The notes: a model not told the origin generated them from the letters alone. A stretch of 39,826 bases of DNA from an uncultured Clostridia bacterium (GCA_946615495.1 CAMOHY010000001.1:1-39826), one strand, 5' to 3'; numbered from the stretch's first letter, positions 1 to 8,063 are shown. Numbers and translations: made by a program.

Positions 1-197
1 TGGGCATTCCGATCGTGGCCATCGTGGACACCAACTGCGACCCCGACGAAGTGGATTACGTGATTCCCGGCAACGACGACGCCATCCGCGCTGTCAAGCT
101 GATCGCCGGCAAGCTGGCTGACGCCGTGCTGGAAGGCAAGCAGGGCGAGCAGAGCGAACCCGACGCCGAAGAAGCGCCTGTGGCCGACGCCGAATAA
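1..197 (+). CDS. rpsB: 30S ribosomal protein S2, C-terminal end (5' part lies outside the window)
   Basis: Frame 3 reads [34 protein letters not shown], followed by an acidic tail. It sits directly upstream of tsf, as in the conserved rpsB-tsf pair. Confidence 0.9.
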   Translation, partial: GIPIVAIVDTNCDPDEVDYVIPGNDDAIRAVKLIAGKLADAVLEGKQGEQSEPDAEEAPVADAE

Positions 198-245
198 TTC
201 CTACAGAATCATTTCTTTTGATAGCTTATGAAGGAGGTCATTCCC

Positions 246-899
246 ATGGCTGAAATTACTGCTGCGATGGTTAAGGAACTGCGTGAACGCACCCAGGCCG
301 GTATGATGGACTGCAAAAAGGCCCTGGTAGAAAAGAACGGCGATATGGACGAAGCTGTGGCCTATCTGCGTGAAAAGGGCCTGGCTGCCGCCGCCAAGAA
401 GGCCGGCCGCGTGGCCGCCGAAGGCGCTGTGGAAAGCTACATCCACATGGGCGGCAAAATCGGCGTGCTGGTGGAAGTGAACTGCGAAACCGACTTCGTG
501 GCCAAGACCGACGCTTTCAAGGAACTGTGCCATGACATCGCCCTGCAGATCGCCGCTTCCAACCCCCTGTACATCAACAAGGAAGACGTGCCCCAGGAAG
601 CCCTGGACAAGGAAAAGGAAATCCTGCGCGCCCAGGCCCTGAACGAAGGCAAGCCCGAAAAGATCGTGGACCGCATGGTGGAAGGCCGCATCGAAAAGTA
701 TTACAAGGAAAACTGCCTGATGGAACAGGTTTTCGTTAAGAATCCTGACATCACCATCGCTACCCGCGTGAACGAGGCCACCCTGGCTTCCGGCGAAAAG
801 ATTTCCATCCGCCGGTTCACCCGTTATGAGTGCGGCGAAGGCATCGAAAAGAAAGAAAGCAACCTGGCCGAAGAAATCGCCGAAATGACCAAGAAGTAA
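246..899 (+). CDS. tsf: Elongation factor Ts
   Basis: The N-terminus is [27 protein letters not shown] (UBA-like EF-Ts signature). GAAGGAGG lies 8-9 nt upstream of the ATG at 246. The ORF-track start at 228 lacks an RBS. Confidence 0.95.
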   Translation: MAEITAAMVKELRERTQAGMMDCKKALVEKNGDMDEAVAYLREKGLAAAAKKAGRVAAEGAVESYIHMGGKIGVLVEVNCETDFVAKTDAFKELCHDIALQIAASNPLYINKEDVPQEALDKEKEILRAQALNEGKPEKIVDRMVEGRIEKYYKENCLMEQVFVKNPDITIATRVNEATLASGEKISIRRFTRYECGEGIEKKESNLAEEIAEMTKK

Positions 900-912
900 G
901 AAAAAACCATAA

Positions 913-944
913 AACGGGGACGGCTTTTGCCGCCCCGTTTTTTT
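913..944 (+). terminator. Rho-independent terminator/attenuator between tsf and pyrH
   Basis: Stem AACGGGGACGGC / GCCGCCCCGTT with a TTTT loop, followed by a run of 7 T. Confidence 0.8.
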
Positions 945-963
945 GCAGAGGAGGGGCAACGGA

Positions 964-1677
964 ATGAATCAGGAATACAAGCGCGTTCTGCTCAAGCTCA
1001 GCGGAGAAATGCTGGGGGAAAACGGCCGGCTGTTTGACCACGGCATCATCGACCATGTGGCCAAGGTGCTCTGCGAAATCGCCGAAGGGGGCACGCAGCT
1101 GGGCGTGGTCATTGGCGCGGGCAATATTTGGCGCGGCCGCTCCGGCGGGGAAATGGACCGGGTGACGGCGGACCAGATGGGCATGCTGGGCACGGTCATC
1201 AACTGCCTGGCCATGCGGGACGCCGTGCAGCGCGCCGGCGGCAAGGCGGTGGTGATGAGCGCCATTGAAATGCCCCGCGTGTGCGAAGTGTTTAACGCTG
1301 AAAAGGCCCGGAAATACATGAAAAAGGGCTATGTCACCCTGTTTGCGGGCGGCAGCGGCAACCCCTTCTTTTCCACCGACACGGCGGTGGTGCTGCGCGC
1401 GGTGGAAGTGGGCGCCGACGCCATTTTGCTGGCCAAGAACATTGACGGCGTGTACACCGACGACCCGAAAAAGAACCCCGACGCTACCCTGATTCGGGAA
1501 ATCAGCTATGAAAAGGCACAGGAAATGCGCCTGAAGGTGATGGACGCGGCGGCCTTCGCCCTGTGCGCCGAAAACAAGGTGCCCATCGTGCGGGTGTTTG
1601 GCCTGTTTGAGCCGGAAAGTATTTTGAAGGTGCTGGACGGCGACGATATGGGCACCGTGCTGCGGCCGGAAGCGTAA
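964..1677 (+). CDS. pyrH: UMP kinase
   Basis: YKRVLLKLSGE at the N-terminus, GAGNIWRG, and an FAGGSGNPFFSTDTAA-like motif. GGAGG at 949-953 precedes the ATG at 964. Confidence 0.95.
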   Translation: MNQEYKRVLLKLSGEMLGENGRLFDHGIIDHVAKVLCEIAEGGTQLGVVIGAGNIWRGRSGGEMDRVTADQMGMLGTVINCLAMRDAVQRAGGKAVVMSAIEMPRVCEVFNAEKARKYMKKGYVTLFAGGSGNPFFSTDTAVVLRAVEVGADAILLAKNIDGVYTDDPKKNPDATLIREISYEKAQEMRLKVMDAAAFALCAENKVPIVRVFGLFEPESILKVLDGDDMGTVLRPEA

Positions 1678-2072
1678 TGGAAGCGGAGCGTGTTTCCGGC
1701 GGCGCGCTGCTGTTTTTCAGCGCCCATCCCGGCGCGCTGCCTCTGTACCTTGCCTTTGACGGCCGGGTGCGCGGGCAGGTGGAAAATGTGCGCGTCAAGG
1801 TGCAGAAAACCCAGATTTCCTATTACAACCGCCATTTGTTTGCCTGCGTGTCCCTGCTGCCCGCGCGCCGGGCGGCGGACCGGCCCAAGGATTATATCAC
1901 CGTCACCTTCGGCCTGGACCGCCGGGTGGAGTCTCCCCGCATTGACAGCGCCTGCCAGCCCTATCCCAACCGGTGGACCCATCATGTGCTCGTCGCGTCG
2001 GCCGGGGAGATTGATGAAGAGCTGATGGGCTGGGTCGCGGAAGCGGCGGCGTTTGCGGAACGAAAAAAATAG
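1677..2072 (+). CDS. Small conserved hypothetical protein (DUF5655-like by recollection, not verified)
   Basis: A 131-aa ORF whose ATG overlaps the pyrH stop (TAATG). It is followed by a terminator. The sequence pattern VKVQKTQISYYNRHLFACV resembles the DUF5655 family. Confidence 0.55.
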   Translation: MEAERVSGGALLFFSAHPGALPLYLAFDGRVRGQVENVRVKVQKTQISYYNRHLFACVSLLPARRAADRPKDYITVTFGLDRRVESPRIDSACQPYPNRWTHHVLVASAGEIDEELMGWVAEAAAFAERKK

Positions 2073-2077
2073 GCATT

Positions 2078-2110
2078 GTGCGCGAAGGCAACAACTCCGC
2101 GCACTTTTTG
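2078..2110 (+). terminator. Rho-independent terminator
   Basis: Stem GTGCGCG (2078-2084) / CGCGCAC (2098-2104), followed by TTTTT. Confidence 0.75.
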
Positions 2111-2111
2111 C

Positions 2112-2140
2112 TTGAAGAATCCGCGGAAAAAAGGTATCAT
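2112..2140 (+). promoter_or_regulatory. Candidate sigma70-type promoter for truA
   Basis: TTGAAG (2112-2117), a 17-nt spacer, then TATCAT (2135-2140), about 24 nt upstream of the truA ATG. Confidence 0.5.
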
Positions 2141-2163
2141 AGAAGGCGGAGGAGAGAGAAGGA

Positions 2164-2934
2164 ATGGAACAAAAGCGAATCTTGCTCACCGTCAGCTATG
2201 ACGGCACGGCGTACGTGGGCTGGCAGTACCAGAATAACGGCCCCAGCATTCAGGACGAACTGGAAAAGGCCTTGCAAAAGGCCACGGGCCAGTTCGTCCG
2301 GGTCACGGGAGCCAGCCGCACGGATGCCGGGGTGCACGCCCTGGGCCAGCGGGCGCATTTTGACGTATGCTCATCCATCCCGCCGGAAAAATACCCCTTT
2401 GTGCTGAACCGGTGGTTGCCGGAGGATATCCGGGTGACGGCGGCCAGGCAGGTCAAGGATGATTTTCATGCCCGTTTTATGGCCGCGGGCAAGCTGTATA
2501 CCTACCGCATCCATAACGCGCCCCACGCCAGCGCCATCCTGCGCCACTGCACGGCCCACGTGCCGGTGCGGCTGGATGAAGCTGCCATGCGCCAAAGCGC
2601 CCAGGCCCTGCTGGGCACCCATGATTTTGCCGCCTTCGCCGCCGCGGGCGGTCAGGCCAAAACCACCGTGCGCACCATTGATTTCTTTGCGCTGGACCGG
2701 GCGGGGGAGGAAATTACCCTGCGGGTGCACGGCAACGGTTTTTTGTACAACATGGTGCGCATTATCGCGGGCACGCTCATCGACGTGGGCCACGGCAAGC
2801 TGGACAAGGACTGCATCGCGCGGGCCCTTGAAAGCCGCGACCGGCTGGACCTGGGGGTGACGGCCCCCGCCTGCGGGCTGGAGCTGACGCGGGTGGAATA
2901 CGATTTTGAACGGGAGGAAGCAAACCATGCTTGA
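2164..2934 (+). CDS. truA: tRNA pseudouridine(38-40) synthase
   Basis: ILLTVSYDGTAYVGWQYQ and the catalytic motif SRTDAGVHALGQ. The length is typical for the family (256 aa). Confidence 0.95.
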   Translation: MEQKRILLTVSYDGTAYVGWQYQNNGPSIQDELEKALQKATGQFVRVTGASRTDAGVHALGQRAHFDVCSSIPPEKYPFVLNRWLPEDIRVTAARQVKDDFHARFMAAGKLYTYRIHNAPHASAILRHCTAHVPVRLDEAAMRQSAQALLGTHDFAAFAAAGGQAKTTVRTIDFFALDRAGEEITLRVHGNGFLYNMVRIIAGTLIDVGHGKLDKDCIARALESRDRLDLGVTAPACGLELTRVEYDFEREEANHA

Positions 2935-3463
2935 GGATATTCTGCTGCGCCATTTTTCCCTGTACCCCCGCATGGAGGCGCAGGACGCGGTGAAGCTGAT
3001 CTATCAGCAGGAATTCGGCCCGGAGCACATGATTCGGGACAGCGCCAAAAGCCTGGCCATCCTTAAGCAGGAAATGGCCGCCTTGGGGGAGGGGCCCGCG
3101 GATGAAGCGCTGTATGAATCCATCGGCAACGGCCTGTGCAGGCTGAACCTGCGGCCCTGCGAGAAGCGCGGCATTCCGGCGGAGGACATAAACCGCCTGT
3201 TCCTGGACGCGGCCAAGACGGTCCAGGGGGACGAAAAACGCTTCTGGCAGGGCATTCGCGCCCTGCAAAGGCTGGCGGAGGAGGACGAAACGCCCTTTGA
3301 CCCCGTGACGCTGGATTTGTTTTTGGCCCGCTATCCCCGCAGGGCGACAGCCGTGCACCATTCCGAAGGCTACCGGCAGGCCTACCGCCCCGCTTACCGC
3401 ATCGTGGCCCAGAAAAAAGTGAAGGATTACCTGGCCGCCCGCCGGAACGAAGGAAAAAAATGA
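2927..3463 (+). CDS. Conserved hypothetical protein
   Basis: The ORF has protein-like composition. The ATG at 2927 overlaps the truA stop (ATGCTTGA), which suggests coupling. I recognise no family. Confidence 0.6.
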   Translation: MLEDILLRHFSLYPRMEAQDAVKLIYQQEFGPEHMIRDSAKSLAILKQEMAALGEGPADEALYESIGNGLCRLNLRPCEKRGIPAEDINRLFLDAAKTVQGDEKRFWQGIRALQRLAEEDETPFDPVTLDLFLARYPRRATAVHHSEGYRQAYRPAYRIVAQKKVKDYLAARRNEGKK

Positions 3464-3494
3464 GATGGAAGGGAAGGAATAAGACGCTTTCAGC

Positions 3495-3553
3495 GGCAGA
3501 GCATCGACAAAGTCGATGCTCTGCCATCGAAAGTCTGCAAGCAGTCTTTCGAT
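3495..3553. repeat. Two abutting perfect or near-perfect hairpins
   Basis: H1 is GGCAGAGCATCGAC-AAA-GTCGATGCTCTGCC (3495-3525), with a 14-bp perfect stem. H2 is ATCGAAAGTCTGC-AA-GCAGTCTTTCGAT (3526-3553), with a 13-bp stem and one central mismatch. Confidence 0.7.
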
Positions 3554-3667
3554 GGGAACATCATTTTACGGCCGCAAATTGATAGAGGAAGCGGCTTTCA
3601 GCCGCATGCCCAGGGCCTTCCGGCCCGCCCTACGCTAAAAACCAGCCCAAGAATCAATCCCCGGTAA

Positions 3668-3701
3668 GTCGTCAGGAAGCTTTCAGCCTGACGGCTTTTT
3701 A
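3668..3701 (+). terminator. Rho-independent terminator, probably ending the truA/hypothetical transcript
   Basis: Stem GTCGTCAGG / CCTGACGGC (one G-U pair) with loop AAGCTTTCAG, followed by TTTTTAT. Confidence 0.7.
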
Positions 3702-3762
3702 TCTCTGCTTTTCTATGGAAGAATCATAGAAGATATAACCGATAAATCAATTTACTTTCGAT

Positions 3763-3795
3763 ATTTCAGTCCACTCACCCCGCGGGGGATGAGAC
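3763..3795 (-). CRISPR. Single type I-C-like CRISPR repeat unit (no array)
   Basis: The minus strand reads GTCTCATCCCCCGCGGGGTGAGTGGACTGAAAT. It has a 5' GTC, an 8-bp GC-rich stem with a 4-nt loop, and a 3' tail TGGACTGAAAT close to the I-C consensus GTGGATTGAAAT/C. I saw only one copy. Confidence 0.6.
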
Positions 3796-3908
3796 CCATT
3801 TTACCATTGATCCATACTGTTACAGTAGACCAATGGGGGAGAACATGAAAGCCGACTTCTCCGCCTGCCCGATGAAAGCTCGGATTATTCCTGCTTGGAG
3901 GAGCAATA

Positions 3909-5231
3909 TTAGGGTTTTTCCGCTCGGATGGCCATGACGGCTTCCACATCCAAGGGATCGACGCCCATTTCTTTTTTCAGTTGGCGAAGGTACAGCGCGT
4001 CAGATTCCAGTTCGCCCATCAGCGGCAAGGAAATTCGCGCGCCGTTTTGCAGTACAGATTCCCGCGCGCCAGCTTCCATCATCATGGACATCAGCGCGTC
4101 CCGGGCCCCGAATTCGCAGGGACGGACGCCCCGGATGGACAGCGCGAAATCTGCCATATGGGCGGCCACGCACACGCCGTATTCCTTGAAATAGTGATCG
4201 CCGCTGTTTTTCATGATAAAGGGATTGCGATAGTTGATTTCTCTCCCCGGAAGCGCGGCCCGCACACCGGCATATGCCCCGGTTTCCGTGTAATAACGCT
4301 CCACTTTGCTGATGATATTGGGATGAATGGGCTGAATATCGTTCGTATAGGCAAGAGAATCTACATAATCGCAGCAGCGGATTTCCGCTTCCCAATCAGG
4401 ATGGACGCCGATGCCGGCCTCCGTGCGGTGATTATTGTCCAGCACCCGGTAGTGGGGCGCGCTGTAGCGCCCGCCCTGCTGGGCCAGCGTGCCGCGGGAA
4501 CCGTGCCATTCCGTAAAGCCCGGACGCACCTGCCGTCCCAGCATGCCTTTGATATTCGCCGCCTGATCGAACACCATCAGGCCGGAAGGAAAATGATAGA
4601 AACGGGAGCGGAACAGCTCATGATCATGAAAGCGCTGGGGTGTTTCATAGCATGGCATGGTGGCCATGTCATGCTCCATAGCGCTGACCCAATCCGGGTA
4701 TTCCTTCGCGAAAACCAGCCAGCGGGAATTGGAATGGAAGCCGGTATGATCATTATAAGTAAAGATGCGTTTGATATCGCCGATGTATCCGTCGTCCCGC
4801 AAGGTTTGGGCGAAGCGGTCAATGGGATACCGATAAAAGTTTTCGGCTACGCTGGTCACCACGCCGTTCTCTTCCGCCTCCCGCACCATGGCCCTGGCCT
4901 GGGACAGGGTGGAGCACCAGGCGGTTTCGATCAGGTTATGGATATGGTGACAGGAAAGATAGACGCTGTAGGCATAATGCAACGGAATGGGCGCCACCAC
5001 CACCGCGGCCTCGATTTCGCCGGAGGCCGCCAAATCATGCACATCATAAAACGCGCGCACGCCCAGCCTTTGGGCCAGGCTGTCGGCGTGCTCCCTGACG
5101 GGGTCGCACACCGCGCGCAAATCGATCCAGGGCTTTAAATCCTCAAACAGCGGCTGATAAATTTTCTGCGAACGGTTGCCCGCGCCAATCAGCGCCAGGC
5201 GGACAGGTTCTTGCAGGGTGGGAAAACGCAT
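3909..5231 (-). CDS. Gfo/Idh/MocA-family NAD(P)-dependent oxidoreductase
   Basis: The N-terminal Rossmann motif is VRLALIGAGNRSQKIY, with an EKP-less long C-terminal dimerisation part. AAGGAG lies about 10 nt upstream of the ATG. Confidence 0.85.
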   Translation of the reverse strand: MRFPTLQEPVRLALIGAGNRSQKIYQPLFEDLKPWIDLRAVCDPVREHADSLAQRLGVRAFYDVHDLAASGEIEAAVVVAPIPLHYAYSVYLSCHHIHNLIETAWCSTLSQARAMVREAEENGVVTSVAENFYRYPIDRFAQTLRDDGYIGDIKRIFTYNDHTGFHSNSRWLVFAKEYPDWVSAMEHDMATMPCYETPQRFHDHELFRSRFYHFPSGLMVFDQAANIKGMLGRQVRPGFTEWHGSRGTLAQQGGRYSAPHYRVLDNNHRTEAGIGVHPDWEAEIRCCDYVDSLAYTNDIQPIHPNIISKVERYYTETGAYAGVRAALPGREINYRNPFIMKNSGDHYFKEYGVCVAAHMADFALSIRGVRPCEFGARDALMSMMMEAGARESVLQNGARISLPLMGELESDALYLRQLKKEMGVDPLDVEAVMAIRAEKP

Positions 5232-5372
5232 AGTTCATTTTCTCCTTTTAAAACAATGATTTTTTCCGGGTCCAGTCCCAGGCGGCGCTCCTGCTGATCC
5301 ATATACACGGTGCGGCCCGCCTCCAGACCAGGAAAAGCTCCGCCCGCTTCATTTTTCTCATCCCCTTTCGTT

Positions 5373-5406
5373 TTAAAAAGGCGGGCTGCCGGACTGGCAG
5401 CCCGCC
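5373..5406 (-). terminator. Rho-independent terminator after the solute-binding protein gene
   Basis: The minus strand has GGCGGGCTGCC-AGTCC-GGCAGCCCGCC followed by TTTTTAAAA. Confidence 0.8.
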
Positions 5407-5438
5407 CGAAATGAACCGGAAACGGAATGATTGTGCTA

Positions 5439-7088
5439 TTACAGGCCCATATAGGACAGGTCCAGATCAGAGCCGTACTTTAGGGTTTCTTCCAGTTTGC
5501 TGTCAAAGTACTTGGCGATCACTTCGTCCAGCTTGCCCTGGCCCAGTTCAGCCAGCTTGTTCAGGGTTTCCTGGTACTTGGCTTCCAGTTCTTCCGGCTT
5601 GCACATGATGAGCTGGAGAATCTGGGGCTCCCAGTATTCGCGAACGTTGGTCTTGATCTTGATTTCCTCGCTGTCGGCGGCGTAGTTTTCAGGCTTGGCG
5701 GAGCCGAAGAAGGAATAATCACGGAAATACTGCTTCATGAAGTCCAGCGCGGCCACCTGCTTTTCGGAAGCGCTGGAACGCTTGATGATGGACTGCCAGG
5801 GGCCGGTGCGCAGGCAGTGATACAATCCGGCGCCAAACTGCACCTTCTGTTCATCCTGGGTGAGGGCCTGCACTTCGGGGAACATGACGGGCACGCCCGC
5901 TTCGTTGTAGTCCCAGGAAATGCCCTGAACGCCCACGTTGATTTCCAGCTGCGCTTCGTTGCTCATCACGTAGTCCAGCCACTGCAGAGCGCGGCCAGCG
6001 TTGGGGGTGTTGAAGATGTAAACACAGTGGTCGCCAACGCCGCCCATAATGTTGTCATAGCCGTAGCCGTCCACGGTGTTGATGCTGGGCTGGGGAACGA
6101 AAATCCATTCGTCGTTCACGCCGGCGTTGGCCAGTTCGCCGTTGAACCAGTCGATGTTGTCGGCGTCATTGTTCATGTTGGCGAAGATCTGGCCGTTGAA
6201 CAGCTTGGCCTGCAGCTGAGCGCCGCTGTCGGTGAGCTCGGTGGGATCCATGAGGCCTTCGTTGTACAGGGTGTTGACGAACTTGAGGAGCTCATAGAAC
6301 TTTTCATTGTACCAGTACTTTTTGTAGGTGCCGCTTTCCGCGTCCTGATAGAAGTTGCCGGTCAGCTCAAAGAAGGGGAACAGCTTGGAAATGCAGCGGG
6401 GGTTGCCGTCGCCGTCCAGGGAAGGGTTACGGGACGCTTGGAAGGGGATCATGTCCGGGAACATTTCCTTTACCTTGCGGAAAGCGTCCAGGGTGCCTTC
6501 CAGGGTGGTCATATCGGGGGAGCCGATAGCTTCATAAACACTCTTGAGCACCATCATGCCAGTGGAGCAGCCCTGCACGTCGGGGCTGGCGATTTCTGCC
6601 GGGGTGAGGGAGCCGGTGGGAAGCACATACAGATCCTGGGTAGCGAAACGCTGACGCACGGACAGGATCATGTTGGCACCGAAGTGACGGTCCACAAAGC
6701 CGGGAGCGTACTGGTTCTGCAGCTCGTTGTACTTGATGATCACATCGTTGGCCACCAGATCGTTCAGCATATCATAGTTGGTGTAGCTGATAACGATATC
6801 CGGGTAATCGCCGCCAGCGATCATCATGTTCAGCTTGGAGTGGGATTCATCAGGCGCATAATCCCATTCCACGTTCACGTTGGTGTCTTCCATCCACTTT
6901 TTGCTCACAGGCTCATTGCCCCAGGCGGACACCATCTGGGCGGCGTCCACAGGCCGGTCGTAGTACACCTTGAGGGTAACGGGCGAGGTGTCCTGTTTCC
7001 AGCTGGGCGTTTCCTCCGCGGAAGCGGCGCAGACCAGAGAAAGCGCCATGACCGCGATCAGAAGCAGAGAAACGATGCGTTTGGTCAT
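5439..7088 (-). CDS. ABC transporter extracellular solute-binding protein (large LplA-like, family 1)
   Basis: Signal peptide MTKRIVSLLLIAVMALSLVCAASAEE and a typical large sugar-SBP body of about 550 aa. GGAGG lies 9 nt before the ATG at 7088. The ORF-track start at 7106 is a TTG inside the RBS. Confidence 0.9.
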   Translation of the reverse strand: MTKRIVSLLLIAVMALSLVCAASAEETPSWKQDTSPVTLKVYYDRPVDAAQMVSAWGNEPVSKKWMEDTNVNVEWDYAPDESHSKLNMMIAGGDYPDIVISYTNYDMLNDLVANDVIIKYNELQNQYAPGFVDRHFGANMILSVRQRFATQDLYVLPTGSLTPAEIASPDVQGCSTGMMVLKSVYEAIGSPDMTTLEGTLDAFRKVKEMFPDMIPFQASRNPSLDGDGNPRCISKLFPFFELTGNFYQDAESGTYKKYWYNEKFYELLKFVNTLYNEGLMDPTELTDSGAQLQAKLFNGQIFANMNNDADNIDWFNGELANAGVNDEWIFVPQPSINTVDGYGYDNIMGGVGDHCVYIFNTPNAGRALQWLDYVMSNEAQLEINVGVQGISWDYNEAGVPVMFPEVQALTQDEQKVQFGAGLYHCLRTGPWQSIIKRSSASEKQVAALDFMKQYFRDYSFFGSAKPENYAADSEEIKIKTNVREYWEPQILQLIMCKPEELEAKYQETLNKLAELGQGKLDEVIAKYFDSKLEETLKYGSDLDLSYMGL

Positions 7089-7118
7089 TGTGATTTTCCT
7101 CCTCAATTTCTATTTGCC

Positions 7119-7144
7119 AACGGGGGATTAGCTTCTTCCCCGTT
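7119..7144 (-). other. Intercistronic GC hairpin between the permease stop and the SBP RBS
   Basis: Stem AACGGGG / CCCCGTT with a 12-nt loop and no U-run. It lies between the stop at 7161 and the RBS at about 7098. Confidence 0.4.
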
Positions 7145-7160
7145 CAAGCCAAGCAAACGG

Positions 7161-8063
7161 TCAGCCCTTGATGGAGCCAACCATCAATCCCTTCACAAAA
7201 TATCGCTGCAGGAAGGGATAGATCATGATAATCGGAACTGCCGCGATGACCATGGTGGCCATTTTCACGCCTTCCGGGTTGTAGCTGTTGTTTTCCACCG
7301 CCTTCATATCCTGGGCCATATCGGCGAAGGCCTGCTCCTTTACCGTGCGCATCAGGATCCAGGACAGAGTATTGAGCGCTTTGCCGTTGGTGTAATACGC
7401 GGTGTCGTACCAGGAATTCCACTGGTTCACAGCGGCGTACAGCGCGATGGTGGCCAGGGCAGGCAGACAGATGGGCAGCACCACCTGAACGAACACCCGC
7501 AGGGTGCTGGCACCGTCCATATAGGCGGCTTCTTCCAGTTCCGAAGGCACACCCTTGAAATTGGACATGAGAATGACCATCCAGAAAAACGCGAACAGCT
7601 TAGGAACAATGTACACCCAGAAATTGTTCAGCAGCCCCAGGCTCTTCAAATTCAGGTACACGGCGATCTGCCCGCCGTTAAAGAAGGTAGGAATCATGAA
7701 AATGGCCATATACAGTCCGCGGAATTTGAGATATGGCTTGCTCATGGCGTAGCCCGCCAGGGAGCAGCAGATGACCGCGCCAGCAGTGCCAACCACGGTA
7801 CGCAGGACGGAATTGATAAAGCCGGTTATGACGCTGGAATCGTTCATGACGATCTGGTAAGGCCGGGCGGACCAATTATCGGGCAGGAAAAATGCGGGCC
7901 TCCACACCAGGTCGGCATTGAAGGAATTCACCACCGCGTACCAAAAGGGGTAAACGATGAGGAACAGGAACAGGCACATGAAAACCACGTTGACCGCGTC
8001 AAAGGCATTCCAGCGGCGGTGATGTCTTTGTTTGTGAGGAAGGGATTTTGCTGCTGTGCTCAC
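7161..8063 (-). CDS. Carbohydrate ABC transporter permease (LplC-like)
   Basis: EAA-loop motif ELEEAAYMDGASTLRVFVQVVLP and multiple TM segments. AAAGGAGG lies 8 nt before the GTG at 8063. The alternative GTG at 8072 abuts the RBS. Confidence 0.9.
   Translation of the reverse strand: MSTAAKSLPHKQRHHRRWNAFDAVNVVFMCLFLFLIVYPFWYAVVNSFNADLVWRPAFFLPDNWSARPYQIVMNDSSVITGFINSVLRTVVGTAGAVICCSLAGYAMSKPYLKFRGLYMAIFMIPTFFNGGQIAVYLNLKSLGLLNNFWVYIVPKLFAFFWMVILMSNFKGVPSELEEAAYMDGASTLRVFVQVVLPICLPALATIALYAAVNQWNSWYDTAYYTNGKALNTLSWILMRTVKEQAFADMAQDMKAVENNSYNPEGVKMATMVIAAVPIIMIYPFLQRYFVKGLMVGSIKG

Noticed and set aside
3488-3770. The idea that the gap is a decayed CRISPR array. TTTCAG (the complement of the repeat's CTGAAA tail) recurs at 3488, 3596, 3681 and 3765, with 84-85 bp between the last three.
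   Set aside because: Aligning the sequence next to each TTTCAG against the 33-nt repeat gives no similarity beyond the hexamer. The 84-85 bp period also does not fit a I-C repeat-plus-spacer unit of about 65-70 bp.
3845-3934. A plus-strand 29-codon ORF (MKADFSACPMKARIIPAWRS...) preceded by GGGGGAG.
   Set aside because: The RBS-to-ATG spacing is only about 3 nt. The ORF runs convergently into the 3' end of the oxidoreductase gene, and its sequence is not protein-like.
3981-5138. A 385-aa plus-strand ORF antisense to the Gfo/Idh/MocA gene. Similar long antisense ORFs occur at 201-959, 1506-2189, 9451-10197, 11158-11796, 16238-17008, 19583-20209, 21068-21904, 23107-25287, 26665-28191, 32122-32754, 36583-37668 and 38529-39149.
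   Set aside because: All are antisense to genes with clear family motifs. They lack RBSs and have Arg/Gly/His/Pro-rich composition typical of non-coding frames in GC-rich DNA.
5232-5372. Small minus-strand ORFs in the spacer between the SBP terminator and the oxidoreductase gene: MRKMKRAELFLVW... (36 aa) and MDQQERRLGLDPEKIIVLKGENEL... (about 38 aa).
   Set aside because: Neither start has a credible RBS. One runs into and out of frame with the oxidoreductase gene. I recognise no motif.
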